The notes below the pieces were generated by a model. The model saw nothing but the letters and a program-made list of their open reading frames with translations. It had not been told where the DNA came from and did not search any database. Source: an uncultured Gemmatimonadales bacterium (GTDB lineage: Bacteria > Gemmatimonadota > Gemmatimonadetes > Gemmatimonadales > Gemmatimonadaceae). Taken from it: 64,000 bases of DNA. This document shows positions 31,832-45,590 of this stretch, one piece after another. Numbering within the stretch: the stretch's first letter is position 1; each line of letters starts with the position of its first letter. The DNA lies in the NCBI GenBank assembly GCA_963707505.1, contig CAVPQB010000006.1, positions 1 to 64,000 on the forward strand. Direction: 5' to 3'. The translations under genes and the position numbers were made by a program.

Positions 31832-34459
31832 TCAGGTGGCAACGGCGACAGTCTCGCCGCGCACGACGCCCTCGACGATCCGAGTTGTATCGAAGTAGTC
31901 CAGCGCGAGTCGCTGGATGTCGTCCGCGCTCACGGCTGCGATCTTCGTCGCATAACTGTCCAGCTCCGACAGACCGGCCCCGAGCAGCCACGCATTGATG
32001 ATGTCGCCGAGAATCGCGCCACCGCTCTCCTGCCGAATGTCGTGCATCCCAAGCATGTAACGTTTGGCGCGCGTGAGCTCCTCCTCCGTCACAGGTGCAG
32101 TGCGCAGATTGTTGAATTGCTCGATCAGCGCATCGCGCGCTTCTCCCTCCCGTTCTGGTGCGGTCGCGATATAGGCCATGAACTCCCCACTCAGCCGATG
32201 CTCGCTACCGAACGCGTGGACCGTGTACGCGAGCGAGCGCCGGTCGCGCAACTCTTCGAAGAACCGCCCACCCAGGCCACTCGCAATCGACGCCAGCACG
32301 TGCGCTGCGAACCGATCGTCATTCGTACGTGACGGTGACGGCAATCCAAGCACGAGGGCACTCTGGTTCTTGTCGCGCGCGACACAGCGCACTACGGAAT
32401 CCGATGGCCATTCCGGGACGGGCAGAATCTCCCGCGCAGCGAGCGACAGATCGCTGAAATTATCGGCGACGGTGTTGGCCACTTCGTCGGCATTCATGTC
32501 GCCCGTCAGTGCGATCACGAACGGCGCACGTAGTAACGCGGTGCGATACCAATCGCGCACATCGCTGAACGCGAGCGAGCGCAAGGATTCTTCCGTTCCG
32601 CCCGCCGGAATCGAGTACGGGTGCCCTTCATACGTCGCTTCCGTCGCGAGACGCATCGGATAGCGGTACATGTCGTCTCGCAGGCGCGCGACGTCGGTGA
32701 TCATCGCCGAGCGCTCGGTCTCGAGCGCGTCATCCGGAAGCGTTGCGTGCTGTATCACATCGCCGAGAAGCGCGAGCGCAGGCTGCAGGTTGGCGGCGGG
32801 AACCGAGAACGACCAGCCGAAAGTCTCGGAGCCGACCGACGCTCCGATGCTACCGCCCAACAGCTCCGACTCTTCCGCAATCTGAAGCGAGGTGCGTGAG
32901 GTGGTCGCACGTGACGCCGTGCGTGCACCGAGTGCGGAGATACCAGCCCGCTCTCGTGGCTCATATGCAGATCCAGACGCTGCGTACACACCGATGTGCG
33001 CGATCGGCGCATTTGCGCGACGCTTGATCAGTACCGGAATTCCGGACTCGAGCTCGTACACAAGTACGCCCGCTTCATCGCGTATGAACCTGGCTGGTGC
33101 GTGCGACGGTGCAACTTCCGCGACGGATGGCACTGATGCATCGAGTGGCGCGACGCTCCCGCTATTCAGGAGCGCGTGGAACGCGGCTGGATCGACTGCC
33201 ACCACGGCCGCGTTGCGCGGACGGTACACCACGGCGCCAGCGAGATCTTCGCCAAGATACTTCCGCACGACCGCGACGACCGATTTCGCATCCGCGCGCA
33301 TGAATGCGTCGTAATACTCCTGTCCCTTCCGCCATCCACCCAGCGATTCCCACTCGGCGAGATACGCCGCCTGTCCTTCCGTAGTCTCGATATGCCGAGC
33401 CCAGCGCGACATGAAGAGCTTGTGCGCACGCTCGACCTCATCGGGTGATACTTCGCCCGCGCGCACTGCCGCAAGCTGCGCCCACATCGCGCGCGCAGCA
33501 TCGGCCGCAGTCGCCGGATCTCCCTCGGATGACATGACGAAGACACCGACTTCAGCGGGTGAATAATTGTACGCGCCGACGCTGCCAGCCAGTTTCCGGT
33601 CTCTCACTGCGCGATACAACCGCGATGCACGGCCGCTTCCCAGCACGGCGGCCGCGAGATCCAGCGCCGGAACGTCGGGATGCTCGTTCGGGACGGTGCG
33701 CCAACCAATCTCGACGTGCGTCTGCTCAACGTCGCCGCTCAGCTCCTCGTAGCGAAATCCGGAATGCGCTGGCTCCGCTGGTCCCGGCGTTCGTACTGGC
33801 TCACCGGACGGCAGCGCGCCGTACAGCGCCTTCACACGTTCCAGGGTTTCAACCGGATCCACGTCCCCCGCGATTGCGAGTACGGTGTTGGATGGTGTGT
33901 AGAAATTGCGATAGAAGCGCGAAACGTCGTCACGCGTGAATCCGCGGAGCTCGTTCGGTCTGCCGATGCGCCAGCGCCGGATCCGATGCCGGTCGTGCAA
34001 CAGCGCGTACAGCGTTTCTGTCGTAACCGCGCCTGCGTTGTCTTCCTTGCGCATCGCTTCCTGGATGATCACCTCCAGCTCCTTCGCGAGCGCTTCGGCC
34101 TCGATCGCCGAGTTCGCGTAGGCATCCGCCTGCACCGCCAGACCCTCGTCGAATCCGCTCGCCGGCAGCACGGCGTAATAGCTCGTATGGTCGTAGATCG
34201 TATGTGCGTTCAGATATCCGCCAGCGGCTTTGGTCGCCTTCGCTATCTCGCCGACTCCGTACTTCGCCGTCCCCTTGAAGTACATGTGCTCCAGCACGTG
34301 CGCGATTCCCGCGACATCATCGGTCTCGTCAAAGTAGCCAGCCCTCACGTACGTATTGACGGCGACGACTGGCGCTGCCGCATTCTGATAGATGAGCACG
34401 GTAAGGCCGTTTGCGAGCACCGTGCGCGTTACCGCGTCTGCATTGATGAACGTCGTCAT
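31832..34459 (-). CDS. M16 family (pitrilysin-like) zinc protease
   Basis: HVLEH inverted zinc motif; two fused M16 halves. Confidence 0.92.
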   Translation of the reverse strand: MTTFINADAVTRTVLANGLTVLIYQNAAAPVVAVNTYVRAGYFDETDDVAGIAHVLEHMYFKGTAKYGVGEIAKATKAAGGYLNAHTIYDHTSYYAVLPASGFDEGLAVQADAYANSAIEAEALAKELEVIIQEAMRKEDNAGAVTTETLYALLHDRHRIRRWRIGRPNELRGFTRDDVSRFYRNFYTPSNTVLAIAGDVDPVETLERVKALYGALPSGEPVRTPGPAEPAHSGFRYEELSGDVEQTHVEIGWRTVPNEHPDVPALDLAAAVLGSGRASRLYRAVRDRKLAGSVGAYNYSPAEVGVFVMSSEGDPATAADAARAMWAQLAAVRAGEVSPDEVERAHKLFMSRWARHIETTEGQAAYLAEWESLGGWRKGQEYYDAFMRADAKSVVAVVRKYLGEDLAGAVVYRPRNAAVVAVDPAAFHALLNSGSVAPLDASVPSVAEVAPSHAPARFIRDEAGVLVYELESGIPVLIKRRANAPIAHIGVYAASGSAYEPRERAGISALGARTASRATTSRTSLQIAEESELLGGSIGASVGSETFGWSFSVPAANLQPALALLGDVIQHATLPDDALETERSAMITDVARLRDDMYRYPMRLATEATYEGHPYSIPAGGTEESLRSLAFSDVRDWYRTALLRAPFVIALTGDMNADEVANTVADNFSDLSLAAREILPVPEWPSDSVVRCVARDKNQSALVLGLPSPSRTNDDRFAAHVLASIASGLGGRFFEELRDRRSLAYTVHAFGSEHRLSGEFMAYIATAPEREGEARDALIEQFNNLRTAPVTEEELTRAKRYMLGMHDIRQESGGAILGDIINAWLLGAGLSELDSYATKIAAVSADDIQRLALDYFDTTRIVEGVVRGETVAVAT

Positions 34460-34576
34460 TTCTCGATGAAGCAAGGATGAGGCAAGGATGAAGCACAACG
34501 GGCGAAAAAAGCTCGGCCGCAAATTGTTTGCGGCCGAGGATCATTATCGAAGCTGAAACCGGGCGCGGGAGCCGCG

Positions 34577-35737
34577 TCAGGGACCCGCTGGTGCGTTTGG
34601 ATTGGGCTGTATCGTAACGCACGAAGACCACGTCCCCGTGCCTGCACGCGCGAAGAATTTCTGCGCTTCCGCTGCGCGGTTGAGTCCCATCAACGCGCAC
34701 CCCAGGTATCCCTGCGCCGCACTATCGGCAGGGTTGAGCTGAGCCGCGCGAATGAGAAAATTGCGAGCCAGCGACGGATTGTGATCCGCGAGCTGGAATA
34801 TCCCCATCTCCCGTTGAGCGGGCTCGTTTGCCGGATCTAGCCGGATCGCCGTGACCAGCTCCTGCCGCGCCGTGTTCATGTCGGGCGGAGTGTCGCTGCG
34901 CGCGAGCCGGGAGAGAAACACGTGCGGCTCTGCTCTGTTCGGATATTCGTGTGCGATGGCGCCGAACGCGGCACGCGCCGCCTCGGTGCGGCCAGTGGTC
35001 ATCAGATCGATGGCATTGCTCATCTCGCCGTCGAACTTGGAATTGCCACCCATCGTGAAGTAAGCCGCTGTCGCGATGATGATCAAGAGGATCACACCCG
35101 CACCGATCATCATCGGGCGTGTAATCTTCCGGGCACGCGCCGGAATGCGCGACGGCGCGGCTGTCGGATCATCTACTGAAAAACCAGTAGTTCGTGGAGC
35201 TGCGGATGAAGCGGTCGTGGCACCGCCTGACGCACCCCTTGCTGCGCCAGAAGCAGCGCCGCCAGAAGCAGCGCCCATCGCTGCACCAGCTACAGCACCG
35301 GTTGCCGCACCGGTTGCCGCACCGCCCGGCGCGAAAGTGGATGTGGACGAAGCATCGGTTGCGTTCGGCGCTGCTGTCGTCGATGGCTCGTTCGCGACGC
35401 GGGTGAGCTCGTTGTAGCCTGCACGCGCAAAGCCGACGTCGGTCAACGTCGGCTTGTACGCTACGTCATCCGAGCGGTTCCGGGCGTCCCAGAAGCTCGC
35501 GATGGTATTCGCGTTCTCCAGATTGAGGACTCCGCGTTGACGCAGCTCGCGGACCAGAGCCTGACCAGAAAGGGTGGAGCCGCCGAGCATTGCCCGCATG
35601 GCAGTTTCGGCGACTCCCCATAGGTCCATTATGTCTGCTGCCGCATCCTCGGGCCCGCGGATCTGGTCGAGCCGACCGTACACAACGCGACCCTCGCTCA
35701 GGGCGGCCTGCGCGGCGGCTCTATCGGAGGGCGTCAC
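34577..35737 (-). CDS. Membrane-anchored TPR protein
   Basis: Ala/Gly/Thr linker, one TM helix, C-terminal TPR-like repeats (AIRLDP, AAQLNP). Confidence 0.7.
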   Translation of the reverse strand: MTPSDRAAAQAALSEGRVVYGRLDQIRGPEDAAADIMDLWGVAETAMRAMLGGSTLSGQALVRELRQRGVLNLENANTIASFWDARNRSDDVAYKPTLTDVGFARAGYNELTRVANEPSTTAAPNATDASSTSTFAPGGAATGAATGAVAGAAMGAASGGAASGAARGASGGATTASSAAPRTTGFSVDDPTAAPSRIPARARKITRPMMIGAGVILLIIIATAAYFTMGGNSKFDGEMSNAIDLMTTGRTEAARAAFGAIAHEYPNRAEPHVFLSRLARSDTPPDMNTARQELVTAIRLDPANEPAQREMGIFQLADHNPSLARNFLIRAAQLNPADSAAQGYLGCALMGLNRAAEAQKFFARAGTGTWSSCVTIQPNPNAPAGP

Positions 35738-36873
35738 CTATCGATGCGCAGCAGTCCCGCCGTGGCGCTCCCCTTGATGAAGCTTTCCGGGTCGCGCCAG
35801 GGAATTTCCACGCCCGTCTTTCCGTATCCGCGCCTGGCTTCCTTCGCCATGTACTGGTCGATTGGAAGGCCGGCTGCCTTCTGGTCTCGCATCTGTTGCA
35901 CGATCTCCTCCCAGGTGCCCTGGTATGTGTGTCCGCCACTCTCGATACTGTGGTGGGTCACTGGCAACTCCTGGACCTCGGTGATCGCTTCGTCCGCTGG
36001 CGTACCGCCGTCCACCAGCGAATTCAGCAGGGCCCCGAACATCTCGATCTGGCCGCGAGTCTTTTGCTGATCCCGCTCCATCGCCCTGGCCTCTATCTCG
36101 GCGAGCATGTCGTCTATCTCATCCGGCTCGCCAGCCAGCTCCTGGACGCGGTCTTCCCATGGCTTCAGCTCCGGATCTCCGTCCGTCAGCTTGAAGATTG
36201 ATTTTTTGAGCTCTATGAGGCGCCAGATTCCGAGCTCGTCCCAGTGGTCGTCCGGATTGGACTTGTCCAGATGGTAGAGCGCAGCCTCGTAGTCGCCGCG
36301 GTCGTACAGAATGTTGGCGAGATACACCCTCGCCTCGACATGATCGGGATCCAGTCGCAACGCGGTGCGGAGCGTGACGATTGCCGCCTCGTCCTCGCCC
36401 AGACGATGCTGGGCGTAACCGACGCACGACACGGCTTCGGCATTTTCAGGCGCATTCTGGACGGCTATCTCGAAGAACTCACGTGCGTTGCCGATCATCC
36501 CTTCCCTGAAGAGTGCGCGACCGATCTGAAGCATCAGATCGAGGTCATCGGCGTAGCCAAGCTCGAGCGTTCGCCTGAAGCAGTGCAGCGAGGCATCCCG
36601 CTGGCCAAACTTGAGCAGGGTTTCACCGATGCCTGCAAGGGCATCTTCGTGATCGGGATCCAGGATGAGCGCCTCCTCGAAGGCGCGACGGGCCCACGCG
36701 TATTCCTCACGGGCGTGGTGCGCGTATCCCACGCCGATGTGAAGCTCCACAGCGCTGGGATACAGTGTCAGACCTTCGCGAAGTACTGCTAGTGCTTGAT
36801 CGTATTCTCCCTCGTTATAAAGTTGGTGCGCGCGTTCGTCATATTCTTCGGACGAAAGGAATGGGCTGGGCAT
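35734..36873 (-). CDS. Tetratricopeptide repeat protein
   Basis: Multiple TPR motifs (ALILDPDH, ALRLDPDH). Confidence 0.85.
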   Translation of the reverse strand: MPSPFLSSEEYDERAHQLYNEGEYDQALAVLREGLTLYPSAVELHIGVGYAHHAREEYAWARRAFEEALILDPDHEDALAGIGETLLKFGQRDASLHCFRRTLELGYADDLDLMLQIGRALFREGMIGNAREFFEIAVQNAPENAEAVSCVGYAQHRLGEDEAAIVTLRTALRLDPDHVEARVYLANILYDRGDYEAALYHLDKSNPDDHWDELGIWRLIELKKSIFKLTDGDPELKPWEDRVQELAGEPDEIDDMLAEIEARAMERDQQKTRGQIEMFGALLNSLVDGGTPADEAITEVQELPVTHHSIESGGHTYQGTWEEIVQQMRDQKAAGLPIDQYMAKEARRGYGKTGVEIPWRDPESFIKGSATAGLLRIDR

Positions 36874-37141
36874 CCGGCACACCTCCCTCGATCGGATACA
36901 TTGCTGTCGTATTCTACTCGGCGACACACGGTTTGTTCAAGAACCGACACAACTAATATTCAGCGCGGACCACTACTTCGACAATCACCAGATTCGTGCT
37001 GACGCCGGCCAAAACAAGCAAGTCGCCGGCCACTCCCACGGGTAGTTATTATTAGAGTCTCGGCTTGACCGCTCAGGTAATAACAGCGGCCAGGCCGTTG
37101 TCGCTTCCGTCGTTGCTTCAAGTGTGGCTGCAAGTGTGGCT

Positions 37142-38350
37142 TCACGTGACGACCGCAGAGCTGGCGACTTCCGAAAAGCGACGCCAATCGCCGTTGGCGA
37201 GACACTCGTCGATCGCACCTATGCATGCGTCAAGCTCCTCGTCTCGCGTGTAAAAATGGGGTCCGACTCTGATGCCCGCTCCGACACGATAATCAACGAT
37301 GATGTTTCGCGACAGAAGGAATTGCGCGACCTCACGTCCGTGCGGCACGTCGAACGCCACGGTGCCGCCTCGTTGCCTTGATTCACGTGGCGCATGCACA
37401 CGGTAGCCGCGCGCATCCGCAGCGGCGATCAGCCACTCGGTCTGACGCACTGACTTGGCGCGAATCGCATCGATGCCCGCTTTGAGTACGATCCGAGGGC
37501 CCGCGACGGCTGCGAACAACGCCGGAATCGCAGGCGTGCCGGTAAGCCAGCGCTCGATTCCGCCGGCATAGTCCATATCCTGCTCGAATGCGAACGGATG
37601 CGCGTGGGCCTGCCAGCCGGTCAGAGACGGCTCCAGCGCTGTCCGCACCTCGGGCGAGACATACAGAAAGGCAGCGCCAGGCCCGCCGCACAACCACTTC
37701 AATACGCCGCCGGTGAGGAAATCCACGCCGGATCGCTTCACGTCCACGGGAATTACTCCCACCGAATGATAGGCGTCCAGCGAGACGAGGGCTCCGACAC
37801 TGTGCGCATGCGCACAGATCGCGTCGGCGTCCATGATGAACGCCGACTTGAACAGAACGTGGGACACGGAGACGAGCCGCACATGCTCGTCGATCGCGTC
37901 GATCAGCCGATTCTGATCGATGCTGAGTCCGTCGTCCGACGGAACGACCACCACGCGCGCGCCGAACCGTCGAGCGAGCTGCTCGTAGGCATAACGCACC
38001 GACGGAAAGTCCAGCTCGGTCATCACGATGGTATCGCGCTCGCCAGTGAAGTCCAGCGCCGATAGAACGATGGATTGCGCGATCGATACGTTCGGCTGCA
38101 TGGACACCGAACGTGCATCGGCACCAATCAATGGCGCGATGGTATCGCCAACGCGCACCGGCATGTCCCACCACCCCTGTGCCCACGCACGCACGCCAAG
38201 CTCGGCCCATTCACGCGCGTACTCCGCCAACTGCTCCGGCACCGCACGCGGCATAGCGCCAAGTGAGTTGGAGACCAGATAATTCGTCCGCTCGAGAATT
38301 GGAAATTCTTCGCGGAATGCAAGCAGTTCGTCAGCCACCGTGTCGTCCAC
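37142..38350 (-). CDS. Kynureninase-like class V PLP enzyme
   Basis: SNSLGAMP, DFPS, DAYHSVG, LKWLCGGPG. Confidence 0.85.
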   Translation of the reverse strand: MDDTVADELLAFREEFPILERTNYLVSNSLGAMPRAVPEQLAEYAREWAELGVRAWAQGWWDMPVRVGDTIAPLIGADARSVSMQPNVSIAQSIVLSALDFTGERDTIVMTELDFPSVRYAYEQLARRFGARVVVVPSDDGLSIDQNRLIDAIDEHVRLVSVSHVLFKSAFIMDADAICAHAHSVGALVSLDAYHSVGVIPVDVKRSGVDFLTGGVLKWLCGGPGAAFLYVSPEVRTALEPSLTGWQAHAHPFAFEQDMDYAGGIERWLTGTPAIPALFAAVAGPRIVLKAGIDAIRAKSVRQTEWLIAAADARGYRVHAPRESRQRGGTVAFDVPHGREVAQFLLSRNIIVDYRVGAGIRVGPHFYTRDEELDACIGAIDECLANGDWRRFSEVASSAVVT

Positions 38351-38351
38351 T

Positions 38352-40005
38352 CTACCGCGAGCTCAGCGACTTTTCACGAATGGCGCGGAACTCGGCGTCC
38401 CTGTTCCACGTCGGGATCGTAGTCGAGTTGGCAAGCTGCGTTCCGAAGCGGTACGCGATGTCGGCGATCTGTGCCGTTCCTGTGAGCGGCCACTTGGGAT
38501 TGTACTCGTCCGAGGGCTGGTGGTAACGCTTCGCGACATACTCGTCTGCCTGCGCCTTGCCCCACCCCGCCGGCTTGCCGACGAAGTCCATGCCAGCTGC
38601 GATGGTTGTCGACGGAATTCCAACGCGTGCGAACGAGAAGTGATCGGAGCGATAGAAATAACCGGCCTCCGGGTGCTCGTCCGGAGATATGCGAACGCCG
38701 TCCGGCTTGAGCATCGCCGCGAGCGCAGGACCGAGCGAGCTCTTGTTGTCGCCCATTACGGTGACATCGCGCACCGGACCTTCGGGATTTGCCTCATCGA
38801 CATTCAGATCGGCGATGATGTCGCGCGCCGGTACGGGCGGATGCTCGCCGAAGTATTGCGAGCCGAGCAACCCGGCTTCTTCAGCGGTAACGAACGCGAA
38901 CAACTGCGAGCGTTTCGGTTTTACCGGTGCCTTCGCCGCCGCGTGCGCAACGGCGAGAATCGCGGCGACACCTGACGCATTGTCGTACGCACCATTGTAG
39001 ATGGAATCGCCGTTGATCGCCGGTCCGATACCGAAGTGATCGTGATGCGCGCTGTAAACCACGTACTGCGAAGCGAGCTTGGCGTCCGAGCCAGGTACCA
39101 ATCCCACGACATTGTTCGCGGACATGTGCGCGACGCGGTTTCTGAACGACATGTCGACCGTTATGCCGGTCGCGACCGGACGAAAGGCACGCGTGTCGGC
39201 CTGTTTGACAAGATCCGCGAGATTCAGCCCCGCCTGTTTCAGAAGGTTGGCCGCGACATCATGCTGTACCCAGCCACGCACCGCAATCGGCGCCGGCCCG
39301 TTTTCGGGCCGCGGAAGCGTCCTGTGCTCTGTAGAGTTCGACGAGACCACGACCTGCCACGGATAACCCGCCTCGTACGTCGTGTGAACGATCAGCATTC
39401 CCGCCGCGCCCTGACGTTCCGCCTCTTCGTACTTGTAGGTCCATCGGCCGTAGTACGTCATCGCCTTGCCGCCGAACAACGTCGGCTCCGCAGGGGTCGC
39501 AGGCGGATCGTTCACGAGAACGAGCAGAATCTTCCCCTTGAGATTCATTCCCTTGAAATCGTCCCAACGATATTCCGGAGCCTTCACACCATATCCAACA
39601 AATACGAGTTCGCCCTTTGCTTCGCTTGCGGGCGTCGCAGAGCCGGCCCAGACCACCACATCGCCGGTTGAATGAAGATTTGCAGTCGCCTTACCGGACG
39701 CTGTCACCTTGATCGTTGCGGGATCTGCCGTCACAATGTCTATGGGCACCTTCTGAAAATAGGAGCCGTTCATACCTGGCTTCACGCCGTACGACTCGAG
39801 CTGCGCGGCTATGAACTGCTCGGCGAGCGCGCCGCCACGCGTAGCAGGTGCGCGGCCTTCCAGCAGATCAGACGACAGGAATCGGAGATTGGCGTCTATC
39901 TCGCGGACCGGCATCACGGTAGTCGCAGGTTGCTGGGCGGCGGCCGCACGCAGAAACAAGAATCAACGCCAGGCCGGCGATGGACGCATGACGGGAGATG
40001 GGCAC
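38352..40005 (-). CDS. M28 family peptidase with PA domain; probable frameshift near the N-terminus
   Basis: SAHHDH, GAYDNASG, TAEEAGLLGS, RSDHF; signal peptide (VPISRHASIAGLALILVSA) lies in another frame from GTG at 40005. Confidence 0.88.
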
Positions 40006-40143
40006 TGTTGTGTGTCCTCTGGTTGGTGGGAACACTGTATTCTTCTACAGATAAATTACCCGCCACAGGGCGCAGATGTATTCCGCGTCCCGAGTTATGC
40101 CTCGATCACTGCGGTATTGGCGGAGTCTGTCACACTGAGGGAC

Positions 40144-41769
40144 ATGGTTTCACAGGGGCGACCAAACTCATTCGGACCAAAGCGCTTCGTGGCTCTGGGC
40201 GCGCTCCAGATCGGAGCGCTGGCTGTCGTGCTCGCCTCGACGCCGTTCAAGCCATTCGAGCTGGACCGGTTCTTCGTACCGAAAGAGCTTGCGCTTCACA
40301 TAGCGGCATTCGTCTGCGTGCTGTTCTGCCTCGGCCGTCTGCGCACGCTGGCGCTCGACCGCGTGGATTTCTTCCTCGTCGCGTTCGGCGCGCTGTCGGT
40401 CGTCTCCGCAATTCTCGCATCGAATCGCTGGCTTTCGACTCGCTCGGTGGCTATCACGATCTCCGGACTCGCCGTGTTCTGGTGCGCGCGATCGCTGGCA
40501 GCAAGCGGTCTCAAGCGCCCCCTCATGGCAGTGATAGTACTGGCGACGGTCCTCGGCGCCGCCAGCTCGCTGGCGCAGGCTTACGGATTCGATAGCGATT
40601 ACTTCACGCTCAGCCGCGCACCCGGAGGAACGTTCGGAAATCGAAACTTCGTCGCGCACGTGTCCGCGATTGGTGTGCCACTCCTCGTATGGTATGCGGT
40701 CACGGCAAGACGAGCGATAGCAGTGCTTCTCTGCGCGGTCGGGGGCGCGATCCTGGCCGCCGCGCTGGTGCTGTCGCGCTCGCGCGCCGCATGGCTCGCG
40801 CTACTCGTCGTCGCGATTCTTCTCGCGATACCGGTATGGCGCGCAGCTCTTCGAGTCCCTCACGCGAACGCCGGACGACGGTTGGTCTTTCTCGGAATCC
40901 TTGCCGCCATCGGCGTCGTGCTCTCGCTCGTTCTTCCCAACCGACTCAACTGGAAGAGCGACTCTCCATATCTCGACTCCGTGCGCGGCGTGGTGGCGTA
41001 CAACAGCGGCAGTGGACGCGGGCGGATCATACAGTACCGCAACACGCTCCACATGGTCGAGGCATATCCAATCCTCGGCGTCGGTCCCGGCAACTGGCCG
41101 GTGCACTATCCAAAATTCGCGACACGCAATGACCCCTCGCTGACGCGCGACGACAACGTAACCGCGAACCCGTGGCCGAGTAGCGATTGGGTGGCACTCA
41201 TTGCGGAGCGCGGGGTGGTTACCGTCGTGGCGCTGCTATTGGCATTCGCAGGTATCATCATCAACGCGTTTCAACTGACACGCGGCAGCACCGCCAACAA
41301 TCCGGATGCGCGCGATCCCTTCCTGCCAGTCGCGGTTACTGCGACTGTGTTGATTGCCATCGCGGTCGGATTTTTCGACGCGGTCCTGATACTTGCGGCG
41401 CCCGCCTTCATCGTCTGGGCGTCGCTCGGCGCGCTCGGCGCTACGGGACGAACGCGTTCCGAATGGACTCCGACTACAGGTTCACGAGCGCGCTGGTCAC
41501 TCGTGCTCGTCGTGCCACTATTCCTTTTCGCGCTGCAGAGCACCGGCATGACGGTCGCGATGCAGGTGTTCGGCACCGGCGACCGGCTCGGCAGCGTCGA
41601 GCAGGCCGCCATCCTGGACCCCGGTAGCTATCGGATCCAGATGCGACTGGCATTGCTTGCGCTCAACCGACGGGGCTGTGCGCTGGCGCGCCCGCACGCG
41701 CTTCGCGCGGAGGCAATGCTCCCTGCGGCGGGCGCGCCACGAAGCGTCCTGCGACACTGCGGCGGCTGA
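40144..41769 (+). CDS. O-antigen ligase family membrane protein
   Basis: GTFGNRN, SRSRAAWLA, PILGVGPGNW. Confidence 0.8.
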   Translation: MVSQGRPNSFGPKRFVALGALQIGALAVVLASTPFKPFELDRFFVPKELALHIAAFVCVLFCLGRLRTLALDRVDFFLVAFGALSVVSAILASNRWLSTRSVAITISGLAVFWCARSLAASGLKRPLMAVIVLATVLGAASSLAQAYGFDSDYFTLSRAPGGTFGNRNFVAHVSAIGVPLLVWYAVTARRAIAVLLCAVGGAILAAALVLSRSRAAWLALLVVAILLAIPVWRAALRVPHANAGRRLVFLGILAAIGVVLSLVLPNRLNWKSDSPYLDSVRGVVAYNSGSGRGRIIQYRNTLHMVEAYPILGVGPGNWPVHYPKFATRNDPSLTRDDNVTANPWPSSDWVALIAERGVVTVVALLLAFAGIIINAFQLTRGSTANNPDARDPFLPVAVTATVLIAIAVGFFDAVLILAAPAFIVWASLGALGATGRTRSEWTPTTGSRARWSLVLVVPLFLFALQSTGMTVAMQVFGTGDRLGSVEQAAILDPGSYRIQMRLALLALNRRGCALARPHALRAEAMLPAAGAPRSVLRHCGG

Positions 41770-41944
41770 AACTTCGCAAGCAGCCAGCTTCGCCGGCGCC
41801 AAACAACGGCGAATTAGTATAGATTTGTGGTAGCCTGCATGGCTCGGATGCTCGCTCCATGCAGTGGCTCCGCCTTTCACCGCGCACCGCCGCCCGCCGG
41901 CGCAGTCCCGCGCGGCCGTGCGCGACCGCACCGAGAACCACAAA

Positions 41945-44719
<2,775 letters not shown>

Positions 44720-44725
44720 ATAAAC

Positions 44726-44787
44726 TCGTCATTCCCGCGAAAGCGGGAATGACGCCTTTATTTAACCCGCTTTCGCGGGAATGACGA
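44726..44787. repeat. REP doublet (perfect 22-bp inverted repeat)
   Basis: TCGTCATTCCCGCGAAAGCGGG (44726-44747) / CCCGCTTTCGCGGGAATGACGA (44766-44787). Confidence 0.85.
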
Positions 44788-44862
44788 CGTGCGCTGCCTC
44801 TCAACGGTAGAACGGCCCGGCGTTTGCCTTTACAGGCTTACAACTCTCTCCGGAGGAACGCC

Positions 44863-45342
44863 ATGCACTCGCGAACCTTTCATACCCCACTGGCGGCGAT
44901 CGCGTTGCTCGCGACCGCATTCACGATCGCCCCGCTACGCGCTCCAGCGCAGGACACCACGTCCACCGATTACCGCGTGTCCATCGACGGAACGCCTGCC
45001 GGAACGGCGACGGCCGTGGTGAATCTTCCCGGCAACGCCGTCGTTCTGCATCAGAATTCCACTCCGAACCTGCCCTCCAAACAGATAGTGTCAGGAGACC
45101 AGGGCACAATCATGCTGACGACGACCGATCCCGGGCTCGTCTCCGCGATCCAGGCATGGATGAAAGCCGACAACGCGGGCTACAAGGACACCGTACAGCG
45201 CAAGACAGTCGAGATCGACCGCATCGGTGGTGGCGCCAATTCACGCACGCGTCTCTCCGGCGCGTGGCCCACCAAGCTGACGGCGGCAACTACAGGGAAT
45301 ACGATAACGATCGTGTATCAGCAGCTCGCGCCGGTGCCGTGA
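44863..45342 (+). CDS. Signal-peptide-bearing protein resembling T4 gp19/Afp1-type tail tube
   Basis: GGAGG RBS; signal MHSR...APA-QD; motifs YRVSIDG, AWM...RKTVEI, RLSGAWPTK, TITIVYQQL. Confidence 0.6.
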   Translation: MHSRTFHTPLAAIALLATAFTIAPLRAPAQDTTSTDYRVSIDGTPAGTATAVVNLPGNAVVLHQNSTPNLPSKQIVSGDQGTIMLTTTDPGLVSAIQAWMKADNAGYKDTVQRKTVEIDRIGGGANSRTRLSGAWPTKLTAATTGNTITIVYQQLAPVP

Positions 45343-45447
45343 TCGTCACTTGCCCTGACTCGCGAGAGACTGGGGCCGCAGCGAAATCGGCGGCCAGATA
45401 AAATCCCCGCTTGCGCGATCGTCGCTATCACCACAATTTTATTTTCG

Positions 45448-45561
45448 ATGCGCCACTCTTCTCCCGCAACGCGATTTTATTATTACGCCAGCTACTGGGG
45501 ACTCCCCCAGGGTGTAATCGTCGCACGCGGGTACTTGGCCAGGTCAGGACAGCAAGGCTAG
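45448..45561 (+). CDS. Aromatic amino acid attenuator leader peptide (37 aa, [37 protein letters not shown])
   Basis: Translated by hand; F-Y-Y-Y-x-x-Y-W cluster directly upstream of a terminator and the DAHP synthase gene. Confidence 0.88.
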   Translation: MRHSSPATRFYYYASYWGLPQGVIVARGYLARSGQQG

Positions 45562-45590
45562 AAGTACCGAAGCAGCGCTCTCGATATCAC

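Noticed and set aside
36874..37141. Possible ncRNA in the TPR-kynureninase intergenic gap
   Set aside because: No recognisable family motif or convincing extended structure by eye.
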